Shown one piece after another: positions 1 to 10,922 of a stretch of DNA of 64,000 nucleotides. Each line of letters begins with the position of its first letter. Position 1 is the stretch's first letter. This DNA is from an uncultured delta proteobacterium (GTDB taxonomy: Bacteria; Desulfobacterota; RBG-13-43-22), in NCBI GenBank assembly GCA_963711835.1, contig CAVQFQ010000017.1, forward strand, positions 640,001 to 704,000. The letters are read 5' to 3'. Both the position numbers and the translations under genes were made by a program. A model generated the notes under the pieces. It saw only the letters and a program-made list of their open reading frames with translations. It made no database searches and was not told the origin of the DNA.

Positions 1-1708
<1,708 letters not shown>

Positions 1709-1723
1709 TCTCTCCCCATGCTT

Positions 1724-2101
1724 TCAACCCTGCTCCTCCCAATAGGAAGCGCAGGCGCTATCCGATTCCCAGACCGCGACCTTGCTGATCCGGGTTTGTG
1801 AATCGTCCAGAAGACGGCTCAATTCCCTGAAGAGATAGCGGGCGATATTTTCCGAAGATGGGTTTTCCTGTTGAAAATAGGCCTGGTCGTTCAAATAGGT
1901 ATGATCCAATCGCTGCAAAACTTCCCGGGTAATGGCCTTGATTTCTCCAAAGTCCTTAACCAGTCCGGTTTCATCCGGTTGAGAAGCCCGGACATAGACT
2001 TCCACCTTCCAGTTGTGCCCATGGAGTTGCTCGCATTTCCCTTTAAAGCCCCTCAAATGATGGGCCGCTGCAAACTGGGTGATTATTTTTAATTCATACA
2101 T
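1724..2101 (-). CDS. queD: 6-carboxytetrahydropterin synthase
   Basis: FAAAHHL, CEQLHGHNW, LDHTYLN, NPSSENIA motifs. Confidence 0.95.
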   Translation of the reverse strand: MYELKIITQFAAAHHLRGFKGKCEQLHGHNWKVEVYVRASQPDETGLVKDFGEIKAITREVLQRLDHTYLNDQAYFQQENPSSENIARYLFRELSRLLDDSQTRISKVAVWESDSACASYWEEQG

Positions 2102-2103
2102 GA

Positions 2104-2316
2104 TCAGGCCATCCCGGCCGTTTTCAGGATTTTAAGACGATTTTGAAATTTCTGACCCAAGGCCCTCAAGTCCACCTGCAGGCTGGCCATATCCTGGTGC
2201 CTTTTGGCCAGAATCCGTTCCACTTCGGACATCCAATACTGGACCACTTCAATCTCTTTTTTTGAGAGCTCTTCCTGAAGCCGCTGATTGATCTGCTTGA
2301 TAAGGGCCTGATCCAT
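2104..2316 (-). CDS. Small helical hypothetical protein, apparently co-transcribed with queD
   Basis: 70-aa ORF ending 2 nt before the queD start; coiled-coil-like composition. Confidence 0.7.
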   Translation of the reverse strand: MDQALIKQINQRLQEELSKKEIEVVQYWMSEVERILAKRHQDMASLQVDLRALGQKFQNRLKILKTAGMA

Positions 2317-2439
2317 GGGGAATAGGTTCTCTTTCTACGGGTTGTAATGAATTTTTTAGGAAAAATGGCAATGGGTTTAATATTTCATAGGATTCAGGCG
2401 AAGTCAAGGCCTTGCTGATTTCTGAAAGCTACTTGAGGG

Positions 2440-2468
2440 TTGACATAGCGCGAGGGAAGTGCTACTTT
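2440..2468 (+). promoter_or_regulatory. Candidate sigma70 promoter
   Basis: TTGACA-17 nt-TACTTT just upstream of ATG 2477. Confidence 0.5.
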
Positions 2469-2476
2469 CCAAGACT

Positions 2477-4192
2477 ATGAAAAATACAAGGAACTTAACC
2501 CTAACGAAGGCTCTGTTTGGAAGTCTTTTTTTGCTTTCTTTGATCCTGCCGGGGGCAGGGATTGAGACGGCCTGGTCTGCCGAAGCCAGCCGGGTGGCCA
2601 TACTGCCCTTTGCCATCAACGCCTCCGACAAGCTGGACTATCTGAAGGAAGGCCTTCAGGATATGCTGGCCTCCCGTCTGGCCTGGGAGAACAAGGTACT
2701 GGTCCTGGACCGTCTTCAGGTTCAGAAGGCTCAGGAAAAGTTTCCCGGACCGGTGGATGAGAAAAAAGCCCTCCTGATCGGCAAGGAGTTACATCTGGAT
2801 TACCTCCTCTGGGGGAGCGCCACCATCATCGGGACCGGCATCAGCCTTGACGTCAGCCTGGCCGACCTTTCCGACCAGCGGCCTCCCTTGAAATTTTTTT
2901 CTCAGGCCAAAGGGATGGATGAGGTAATTGTCAGGGTCAATGAGCTGTCCGATGATATCAACGAAAAGGTCTTTAAACGACCCCGGTCCTATGCGGCGGC
3001 CGCCTCACGGGGGGAATCCGTTTCTTCCGGAACCGGAGCGGCGCCCGCTTCCCCGGCTGCTTCCGAGAGATCTCCTCTGGCCTTGAAGGATTTTACCATC
3101 AATACCCTTTCCCCGCAGATTATTCTGAATGCCGGAGGTTTTGATGTGGCCGGTCTCTGGCGCAGCGCCATCCTGCCCTATGCCCTCCGGGACCTGGCCT
3201 TTGGAGACCTGGACGGCGATGGGAAGATTGAAACCGTTATTATCAGTCAAAACAAGGTCTATATTTACCGCTATGTTCAGGACAAGTTTGAACTGGTCAA
3301 GGAGATAGCCGGACAGCGGTTCGATAATTATATCGCCGTGGATGCGGGCGATATCCATGGGACCGGCCGGGCCCAGATTTTTGTTACCAATTACCATTCC
3401 GGAACTCCAAAATCCCTGACCCTGGCCTGGGATAATGGGGACTATAAGGTGCTGGCCAGGGATATCCCCTACCATTTGCGTATTCACCAGCTGCCCGGTC
3501 GGGGGGCGGTTCTTTTGGGTCAAAAAAAAGTTCGGGATATCCCCTTCTATCCCGAAGTTCACATCCTGACCTGGAAAGGCCGGGAATATGTCTCGGTTGA
3601 AAAATTGGAGGTGGCCGAAGGGGCAACTGTTTTTAATTTTGTTTTTGCCGACCTGAACAACGACGGCTCCACCGAGATCGCTCATCTCAGCCGCAATGAC
3701 CGGCTGATGGTCCTGAGTCCGAAATGGAAAACGGAATATATCAGCAGCGACCTTTACGGGGGCACCGTTAATTTTGTACTAGGGACCGAGGAATCAAACA
3801 CGTTCACCTCTACGATCATGTCGGAACAGGCCAACCGCCACTATGTCCCGGCCCGCCTGGTGGTCACCCCGGTTTTGGATCCGGGGAAAAACGAGCTGAT
3901 TGTCAATAAGAATAAGGGGTCTTTTCAGAACAGTATCCTGGACCGCTTTCGCTCCTATTCCAGCGGGGAGATATATTCCTTAAGCTGGGACGGGGCCGGC
4001 TTCAAAGAAAACTGGCGGACCCAGGTGATTCCCGATTATGTGGCCAATTACGGAGTGGCCCAATTCAAGAACAATGGGCGGCGTCAACTGGTGGTCGGGG
4101 TGGTTCAATCCCGAGGATTTCCTTTTGTCTCCGACGCCCGGAGTGTGCTATACTGCTATGAGTTGGGCCTGGTGAAACCCAGTCAACGTTAG
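2477..4192 (+). CDS. Exported FG-GAP/VCBS-repeat protein
   Basis: Signal peptide; RVAILPF N-terminal domain; GDLDGDGKIE, ADLNNDGSTE repeats. Confidence 0.8.
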   Translation: MKNTRNLTLTKALFGSLFLLSLILPGAGIETAWSAEASRVAILPFAINASDKLDYLKEGLQDMLASRLAWENKVLVLDRLQVQKAQEKFPGPVDEKKALLIGKELHLDYLLWGSATIIGTGISLDVSLADLSDQRPPLKFFSQAKGMDEVIVRVNELSDDINEKVFKRPRSYAAAASRGESVSSGTGAAPASPAASERSPLALKDFTINTLSPQIILNAGGFDVAGLWRSAILPYALRDLAFGDLDGDGKIETVIISQNKVYIYRYVQDKFELVKEIAGQRFDNYIAVDAGDIHGTGRAQIFVTNYHSGTPKSLTLAWDNGDYKVLARDIPYHLRIHQLPGRGAVLLGQKKVRDIPFYPEVHILTWKGREYVSVEKLEVAEGATVFNFVFADLNNDGSTEIAHLSRNDRLMVLSPKWKTEYISSDLYGGTVNFVLGTEESNTFTSTIMSEQANRHYVPARLVVTPVLDPGKNELIVNKNKGSFQNSILDRFRSYSSGEIYSLSWDGAGFKENWRTQVIPDYVANYGVAQFKNNGRRQLVVGVVQSRGFPFVSDARSVLYCYELGLVKPSQR

Positions 4193-4201
4193 CCTATCCG
4201 T

Positions 4202-4278
4202 GGCGGTGTAGCTCAGGTGGTCAGAGCATGCGGCTCATATCCGCAGTGTCCGGGGTTCAAATCCCTGCACCGCCACCA
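4202..4278 (+). tRNA. tRNA-Met(CAT), probably elongator
   Basis: GGCGGTG acceptor stem, D-arm AGCTCAG..GG, anticodon stem TGCGG/CCGCA with CTCATAT loop, GTTCAAATC T-loop, encoded CCA. Confidence 0.95.
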
Positions 4279-4321
4279 TCTTTTAACCCCTTTTAGCCAG
4301 GCATTCTTAACCCTATCGGCC

Positions 4322-4402
4322 ATGGAACGCATCTTCTTTACCTTTTATTTTTGCTTTTCTGAAGGCGGATGCCCGAGGAAGGAAACCCTCCTGCCTTCCT
4401 GA
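4322..4402 (+). CDS. Putative Phe-rich leader peptide (26 aa)
   Basis: MERIFFTFYFCFSEGG...; 5 Phe and 1 Tyr within 8 codons; no clear Shine-Dalgarno. Confidence 0.55.
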   Translation: MERIFFTFYFCFSEGGCPRKETLLPS

Positions 4403-4447
4403 GCGGATGAAACGGGCGGTCGCCGAAAGCGCTGCCCTGGGTTTTTT

Positions 4448-4484
4448 AAAGGCCTTGGGCGATCGCCCCAAGGCCTTTTTTTTT
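4448..4484 (+). terminator. Intrinsic terminator (possible attenuator terminator)
   Basis: AAAGGCCTTGGG/CCCAAGGCCTTT stem followed by a T9 run. Confidence 0.85.
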
Positions 4485-4570
4485 GATGAAACCTGATCCG
4501 TTCGTATCACCCCGACCCCCTTATTGGGAAGTCAGAGATAAATTTTTGAAACAGGCTGATTGAACAACAC

Positions 4571-6169
4571 ATGACACAAAAAAACAGCCTCTATCTGCCG
4601 GCCAAGCAGGTGGAAAAAAAATTCCAGGAAGCCGGTTTGGGCTTAAAAGAAACCCTGGCTTTGATAGAAATGACCTGGCAGGATTCAGGGCAGGGATCCG
4701 CCCCGGGGCCTTTTAGCGATCTTTTCAGCGGACTGGATCATTTGACCCGGCATACCGTCCAGGGCAGCCGGATCAAGCGTTATAAACCGGGCGGACCAGG
4801 CCGGCCGTTTCAGACCTTCGAAGTCTATACCGCCGAGGGGGAGGTCCTGGCCTACCTGAATATGCTTTACCTGAGAAAGCCTCTACCCTGCTATTATCTG
4901 GTTTACGTTGAGGTGACGCCCGCTTTTCGAGGGAAAGGATTGGGCAATCGCATTCTGGCGGCCTTCCGGGATTTTGTAGAAGATAAGGGGGCCCTCGGCC
5001 TTTTGGATAATATCATTCCGCCAGAGGATCCCACCTTCGACCTGTATGCCAAACTGGGCTGGCTTCCTATTGAAACCTGGCTGAGCTCCCAGGAGGACAT
5101 GACCCAGGGACACTATATGATCACTATCCCTTCGACCCTCAAGACCGACCAGTTTAGGCTAAAACTTCCCAAGCTGCTCTTCAATCTCAAGAAGAAAAGA
5201 CCGGTTATCGACATGCAGGACAACGAGTTGATGGTCCAAAGGACCATCCAGGAATTCCATCAGATTTACCAGGCCCTGGAAAAACTGTTTCAGGCGGAAC
5301 TCACGGCCGGCCGCTCCAGCCCTTTGATGCGCTTTATGTTTACCAAATTTACGACCCGGCTGTTGGGTTTTCGGCGCCGCATCCAGGAACTGTTAGGCTA
5401 TACCGGTGGCGAGTCTCTGGAGCAGATCGTTCTCTCTCCGACGGTCTGTGCTTTACCGATTCAATCCCATACCTTTGAGCCCAACCCGGCCGGCCGGCTG
5501 CAGCTTTTCGGAAAGGCCGCTTTCTGGCAATCCCTGCCGGACTTTTTACGGGAAAACCCTACCTCTTCCATCGAGGGTCTACCCCTTTACCAACGCCCTT
5601 TTTTAATCCAATGGATGAAAGCCCACCAGCGGACCGAGCCCCTGAAATTAACCATTGCCGACCTCCTGGACCTCGGATTCGATCCCACCCGGCTCCGGGA
5701 ATTCCGGCACCAAGGACAGGCCATTATCTTTGAACGGGTCTCTCCTGCTCTCCTAACCGGAGTAAAAGTGAGAGGAGCCCTCCTGGAAAAAATTGGCCGA
5801 AAAACCTCCGGTCTTCGTCTGAACGGGACCCAAATGCGGATCAATCCCATACTGGTCTGGATTCTGGACCGGGGCAATGGGTATATTCTGCGCCAGAAGA
5901 TAGCCGGGATTCACTGGGAAGAGGCAGCGGCTCAATGCCGGGAGAATCCCCAGTTGGCTTCTCTTAACCGGCAGCTCTCTCTGGATCAGAAAATCAGCCG
6001 GACCGTTCGTGATCTCAGGGATTGGATTCAAGATCATATCCGTTTTCCGAAAAAAACCTCCCTGGCGGATCTGGCTTTTTTTATTCCCTGGAACATAGAA
6101 AGCAATCGCCCCCTGTTTTCCATTGACGATGCCAACCAGCCCTATCTGGAAATGGTCTGGATTGCCTAA
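4571..6169 (+). CDS. GNAT acetyltransferase-domain protein with large unknown C-terminal region
   Basis: YVEVTPAFRGKGLG acetyl-CoA-binding motif A in the first third. Confidence 0.75.
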   Translation: MTQKNSLYLPAKQVEKKFQEAGLGLKETLALIEMTWQDSGQGSAPGPFSDLFSGLDHLTRHTVQGSRIKRYKPGGPGRPFQTFEVYTAEGEVLAYLNMLYLRKPLPCYYLVYVEVTPAFRGKGLGNRILAAFRDFVEDKGALGLLDNIIPPEDPTFDLYAKLGWLPIETWLSSQEDMTQGHYMITIPSTLKTDQFRLKLPKLLFNLKKKRPVIDMQDNELMVQRTIQEFHQIYQALEKLFQAELTAGRSSPLMRFMFTKFTTRLLGFRRRIQELLGYTGGESLEQIVLSPTVCALPIQSHTFEPNPAGRLQLFGKAAFWQSLPDFLRENPTSSIEGLPLYQRPFLIQWMKAHQRTEPLKLTIADLLDLGFDPTRLREFRHQGQAIIFERVSPALLTGVKVRGALLEKIGRKTSGLRLNGTQMRINPILVWILDRGNGYILRQKIAGIHWEEAAAQCRENPQLASLNRQLSLDQKISRTVRDLRDWIQDHIRFPKKTSLADLAFFIPWNIESNRPLFSIDDANQPYLEMVWIA

Positions 6170-6218
6170 CCTTTTTGGACTCGTTCAAAAGGTCTGGCCT
6201 TATTCCCGATTCACGACG

Positions 6219-6452
6219 GCAGGGGACCGGGGGTCTCGAATTTAAGGCTTGTCCAAAGGGGGACCCTTCCCACCAATCCGGCCCAGATTTCTAAGTTGGT
6301 TTAGAGCCGGGCCTTCACCCACCCGGACAAACAGCTTTGGTGGAGGCCTGCTTAAAGCATTATCGTCACCTTTCCAGTCCCGCTAAAAGCGGGATTTCAA
6401 AGTGAGGAGTTTATGGTGGACAACCTTAAAATCGAGACCCCCGGTCCCCTGC
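6219..6452. repeat. Long-hairpin repeat family, copy 1
   Basis: Arms GCAGGGGACCGGGGGTCTCGA..AAGG.TTGTCCA / TGGACAACCTT..TCGAGACCCCCGGTCCCCTGC; core shared with copies 2-4. Confidence 0.9.
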
Positions 6453-6508
6453 TCTATCTTTTGAACGATAGGGACCCCCTTCTTCCTTGTCCCCCTCTTG
6501 AATTTTAC

Positions 6509-6536
6509 TTGACAGAAGGACCCCGACAGGAATAAT
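6509..6536 (+). promoter_or_regulatory. Candidate sigma70 promoter
   Basis: TTGACA-16 nt-AATAAT upstream of ATG 6572. Confidence 0.5.
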
Positions 6537-6571
6537 TTTAATGAAATTTTATTGTGTTAGAGGATCGGCGG

Positions 6572-7252
6572 ATGAATTGCGGATTAAAAAAGATGACGGC
6601 TGTTTTCGGGATAATTTTTCTTTGGGCTGCTTTCGGAATTGCCGGGACGCCCTCGCTTCAACTCAAGGAAACGAACTACGATTTCGGGGAGGTCGAGGAA
6701 GGGGCGGTTGTCAGCCATGACTTTGAACTCCGGAATACCGGTTCCGATCCCCTGGAGATTATCGAAGTCCGTCCGGGCTGAGGCTGTGCCGTGGCCCATT
6801 TCGATCGGGTCATCCCTCCTGGTGGGGAGGGTAAAATTACCTTAAAGGTTGATCTGAAAGGATACCAGGGTAAAGTCTGGAAATCGGCTACCGTCACCAG
6901 TAATGACCCTCAAAAGCCATCTCTTCATTTGAATCTTCAGGGAAAGGTCAAGCCCTGGATTGAAATCCGGCCTTCCCGAGTAATTCACTTCCGAAAAGCG
7001 TTAGGGGGTGAAGATGAAAAATCGATTGATTTGATCGGTTCTGGCCAACCTTTTTCGGTCCTCAGGGTGGAAACCACGCTGACTGAGAAAATACGCTTTC
7101 AAGTAGAAACGGTTGTTGAGAAAAAACATTACCGCCTCAAAGTCGCTCCCTTGGTAAAACAGGGAAGCTATGCCGGCACCCTCAAATGTGTTACGGATCA
7201 CCCGAAAAAACCCGAAATCCTCCTTCAAGTTATAGGTCAATTCGATAGTTAA
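6572..7252 (+). CDS. DUF1573-like exported protein, candidate selenoprotein (in-frame TGA 6779-6781)
   Basis: Two track ORFs are in the same frame; YDFGEV..HDFELRNTGSDPLEI..VRPG-TGA-GC..IPPGGEGKITL, with TGA at the first Cys of the family's CGC motif. Confidence 0.8.
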
Positions 7253-7262
7253 AAATGGTTAC

Positions 7263-8486
7263 ATGCACCTACTCGCACTGACCCATCTCTTTTATCCGGC
7301 CCGGGGAGGAACTGAAATCGCCCTCCTGGAGCTTTCCAAGAAATTGGTGGAGAAAGGGCATCGGGTTACGGTTCTGACCTCCAACCAGCTCTCCCTGGAG
7401 GCTTTTAGAAATCCTCAAACCAATACTCATCTGGCTCAAAAGGAATCGGCCAAGGGAATCCAAATTTGCCGTCTGCCCCTCTCCAATAGGCAGCGGCTGT
7501 TTTGGGCCAAATTGGGGGCCCTGTTCCTGCGCAGCCGGGTGCCCGGAGGGGATTACCTCTGGTTCATGGCGCATCTGCCCTACTTGCCTCAGATGATTTC
7601 CCGGGCCAGGACCCTTAAACCGGATATCCTGTATGCAGTGCCATTTCCTACGGCCACTCCGTTTTACGCCCGTATGGCCGCCAAGACCCTCAGGTGCCCC
7701 TGGGTGATCCAGCCCCATCTGCACCCCTCCGATATCAATGGCTCTCTGCGCAAAATCATCCGTTGGTTGTTTCCCCAGGCCAGCGCCGTGGTTGTCAATA
7801 CCAGGGCCGAACAGGATTTTTTAATCAATTTGGGCCTGTCAAAAGATAAGCTGCCCGTCATAGGCCAGGGGATTGACCTCTCGCCTCTCCAAACCGGCGG
7901 CCAGACCAACATCAGGACTCGCCTGGGATTAAACCAGGAACCGCTGATCCTTTTCATGGGACGCAAAGTAGAAAAAAAGGGCCTCGATACCCTTCTGAAA
8001 TCCATGCCTTTTGTCTGGAAGGATCACCCTGAAGCCCGGCTGATCCTGGCGGGTCAAAGCAGCCCCTATTTCCAAGCCCTTTGGCACAGCCAACCGGAAA
8101 CTTCGGATCGGCGGATCATTTCCCTGGACGATTTTGCGGAAGATGAAAAGGCCGCCCTGTTGGCCGCCTGTGATCTGTTGGTATTACCCTCCCAGGCGGA
8201 AAGTTTTGGAATCGTTTATTTAGAAGCCTGGGCCCTGGGGAAACCGGTCATCGGGGCCAGGGTCCCGGCTGTGGAGGCCTTGATTGATGAAGAGGCGGAC
8301 GGTTTACTGGTCCCCTTTGATGATCCCTCCCAATTGGCAGCTCAGATACTGAGACTCATAAATGATCCTGACCTTAGAAAAAGCCTGGGGGAAAAGGGGC
8401 GCCATAAAGTGGAAACCCATTATGAAATCCACCAGGTGGCTGATCGGTTCGAGGCCTTTCTGAACCAGTTGGGGGGTGCTAGATGA
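7263..8486 (+). CDS. Glycosyltransferase family 4
   Basis: YPARGGTE, GRKVEKKG, PSQAESFGIVYLEAWALGKPVI motifs. Confidence 0.93.
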   Translation: MHLLALTHLFYPARGGTEIALLELSKKLVEKGHRVTVLTSNQLSLEAFRNPQTNTHLAQKESAKGIQICRLPLSNRQRLFWAKLGALFLRSRVPGGDYLWFMAHLPYLPQMISRARTLKPDILYAVPFPTATPFYARMAAKTLRCPWVIQPHLHPSDINGSLRKIIRWLFPQASAVVVNTRAEQDFLINLGLSKDKLPVIGQGIDLSPLQTGGQTNIRTRLGLNQEPLILFMGRKVEKKGLDTLLKSMPFVWKDHPEARLILAGQSSPYFQALWHSQPETSDRRIISLDDFAEDEKAALLAACDLLVLPSQAESFGIVYLEAWALGKPVIGARVPAVEALIDEEADGLLVPFDDPSQLAAQILRLINDPDLRKSLGEKGRHKVETHYEIHQVADRFEAFLNQLGGAR

Positions 8487-9361
8487 ATCCGGCCGGCAAC
8501 ATTTCCGTGGTAATCTGCACCCTGAATCGGGAAGATTCCCTGGTTCATGTCCTGGAACTGCTTAAAACACAGGAGACCCAACCCAAAGAGATACTGGTGA
8601 TCGATCAAAGCCGGGAACACCGACCCGAGACCTGGAAATACTTACATGACAACCAATACCGGATTCGCCGACTGACGCTGCCCCATCCCTCCACCACCGC
8701 CGCCCGAAACCTGGCCCGCAAAGAGGTCCAGGGGGATATCGTGCTCTTCCTCGATGACGACGTTCTTTTCCAGCCCGGCCTGGTCGGTTTTCACCTCGAA
8801 AATTATCAGGATCCGGCTGTCGGGGCCGTTAGCGGCAAGGTCCTCTATGACGGTTCCCGGGAAAATGATGAACCCTGGGCCGCCCGTTTGACGCCCAGCG
8901 GAAAATACCTCCGGAACTTTACCACCAACCGGCGCTGCTTCGTCCCCACCCTCTACGGCTGCAACATGTCCCTGCGGAGAAAGGTCTTGCAGGAGGTGGG
9001 GGAGTTCGATCTGAACTACTGGGGGAATTTTTTATGGGAGGAGGTGGATTATGCTTTGGAGGTTCGCCGGCACGGCTTTCAGATTGTCTATGATCCCCGG
9101 GCGGCGGTCTTTCATGTCATGGTTAAACAGGGCGGCAGCAGAAACCCTCCTCCGGGACCTTATCTGGAGAGTACGATCTTTAATGACTGGTATTTTTTCT
9201 TTAAACATTTCCCCGGCAAATATTGGCCTTTTCTCCTTTACCGGCAGAAGAGGACCTGGCTTCGCTATGGACAGCAACGATTTGGAAATGTGCTGCCGTT
9301 GATCAGACAGATCTATCGGGCCTTTCAAAAGGCCGGACATAAAATAGCAACAATTTCCTGA
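8483..9361 (+). CDS. Glycosyltransferase family 2
   Basis: SVVICTLNR, ARN, LFLDDD, GCNMS motifs. Confidence 0.92.
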   Translation: MNPAGNISVVICTLNREDSLVHVLELLKTQETQPKEILVIDQSREHRPETWKYLHDNQYRIRRLTLPHPSTTAARNLARKEVQGDIVLFLDDDVLFQPGLVGFHLENYQDPAVGAVSGKVLYDGSRENDEPWAARLTPSGKYLRNFTTNRRCFVPTLYGCNMSLRRKVLQEVGEFDLNYWGNFLWEEVDYALEVRRHGFQIVYDPRAAVFHVMVKQGGSRNPPPGPYLESTIFNDWYFFFKHFPGKYWPFLLYRQKRTWLRYGQQRFGNVLPLIRQIYRAFQKAGHKIATIS

Positions 9362-9375
9362 CAGCCGGGATTGCC

Positions 9376-10392
9376 TCAGACCGTAAAATAGTCCCGGTAC
9401 CAGGCAACGAATTTCTTTATCCCTTCCTCCAAAGACGTGGACGGCTTAAACCCCACGGCCTGCATGAGATCATCCACATCGGCGTACGTGGCGGGTACAT
9501 CCCCCGGCTGCATCGGCAGGAAGTTCTTCTCCGCCTTCCGACCCAGGCAGTCCTCCAGGACTTCGATAAAGCGAAGCAGCTCCACCGGGTTATTATTGCC
9601 GATATTGTACAGGCGGTAGGGAGCAAAACTGCGGCTCGGATCCGGCCGATCTCCATTCCACTCCGCATGGGGTTCGGGGGCCTGCTCAAGGATGCGTACC
9701 ACCCCTTCGATAATATCATCGATGTAAGTAAAATCCCTCTGCATCTTTCCGTAATTAAAAACCGGGATCGATTTCCCTTCCAAAATGGCCTTGGTAAAAA
9801 GGAACAAGGCCATATCCGGTCTGCCCCAGGGGCCGTAAACCGTAAAAAACCGGAGTCCGGTGGAGGGGACTTTATACAAACTGGCATAGGTGTGGGCCAT
9901 GAGTTCGTTGGCTTTTTTGGTGGCCGCATATAAGGAAATCGGGTGATCCACATTATCGTGGACCGAAAAGGGCATCTTGGTATTGGCTCCATAAACCGAG
10001 CTGGAAGAAGCAAAGACCAGATGTTGAATCCGATGATGCCGGCAGCCTTCCAGGATATTTAAAAAGCCGACGATATTGCTTTCCACGTAGGCCTGGGGAT
10101 TTTCAAGGGAATAGCGCACCCCGGCCTGAGCAGCCAGGTTTACCACCCGATCAAAACCCTGCTCTGAGAAGAGGCCGGCCATCCGCTCCTGATCGGCCAG
10201 GTCTATCTTCCGAAAATCAAAATTTTTCCATCCCTCCAGTTTGCGCAGCCGGTTTTCCTTGAGACGGACATCATAATACGGGTTCAGATTGTCGAGGCCG
10301 ACTACCTGATCGCCCTTCTCCAGTAGGCGCCGGCAGAGATGAAATCCGATGAAGCCGGCTGCCCCAGTAACCAGGATTTTCTTGTTGCTCAT
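9376..10392 (-). CDS. NAD-dependent epimerase (UDP-glucuronate 4-epimerase type)
   Basis: [40 protein letters not shown]. Confidence 0.95.
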   Translation of the reverse strand: MSNKKILVTGAAGFIGFHLCRRLLEKGDQVVGLDNLNPYYDVRLKENRLRKLEGWKNFDFRKIDLADQERMAGLFSEQGFDRVVNLAAQAGVRYSLENPQAYVESNIVGFLNILEGCRHHRIQHLVFASSSSVYGANTKMPFSVHDNVDHPISLYAATKKANELMAHTYASLYKVPSTGLRFFTVYGPWGRPDMALFLFTKAILEGKSIPVFNYGKMQRDFTYIDDIIEGVVRILEQAPEPHAEWNGDRPDPSRSFAPYRLYNIGNNNPVELLRFIEVLEDCLGRKAEKNFLPMQPGDVPATYADVDDLMQAVGFKPSTSLEEGIKKFVAWYRDYFTV

Positions 10393-10508
10393 AAGCGGTC
10401 CTTTCCCCTTTTTCCCTTTCTCCATACCATTTTTTGCTTCAACAAATCAACCCCTTCCTGGCCTTGCCCTGATCCCCGGTTTATGGTAAAGTAAGCCCCG
10501 GATTTTTT

Positions 10509-10815
10509 GGTAACGTTCAGAAGTTGATGCATTATATTTCTGATACTCGATGGAAAGGGATCGGGGGTATCGATTTCAAGGATTGTCCGAAAGGTAATCC
10601 GCAGCCCCAACCCGGCCCGAATTTCTAAGTTGGTTGGGAGCCGGGCCTTCACCCCAGACGATAAATCGCCTTGGTGTTGGCCTGCTTCTAAACCCACTTA
10701 TAACTTCCTGCCCGGGGTCAGGCTGCCGGCGTTTCGGCGGACAACCTTGAAATCGAAACCCCCGGTCCCCAAGTCAGGCAATAATACGCCAGTGCCATAA
10801 CTTTTGAACGTTACC
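10509..10815. mobile_element. MITE-like element carrying hairpin repeat copy 2
   Basis: TIRs GGTAACGTTCAGAAGTT / AACTTTTGAACGTTACC (16/17 match), flanked by direct repeat GATTTTTT at 10501-10508 and 10816-10823. Confidence 0.75.
10557..10770. repeat. Long-hairpin repeat family, copy 2
   Basis: Arms GGGATCGGGGGTATCGATTTCAAGG / CCTTGAAATCGAAACCCCCGGTCCC; interior nearly identical to copy at 31633. Confidence 0.92.
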
Positions 10816-10922
10816 GATTTTTTGAATACCGATTACAGCTCCGGGCCTGAACCCAACAGAGCTGGAAATCACGCCCCAGGCCTCCGGAGGAGAACCAATC
10901 TCAAAAGGACACAAAACGGGTC

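Noticed and set aside
4202-4278. tRNA-Met as an island integration site
   Set aside because: No integrase and no duplicated tRNA 3' end were seen in the window.
4217-4321. Track ORF starting inside the tRNA
   Set aside because: It is a reading of the tRNA sequence; only the part from ATG 4322 is considered.
10399-10422. Pyrimidine-rich CCTTTCCCCTTTTTCCCTTTCTCC tract
   Set aside because: Short, single and low-complexity, with no partner array.
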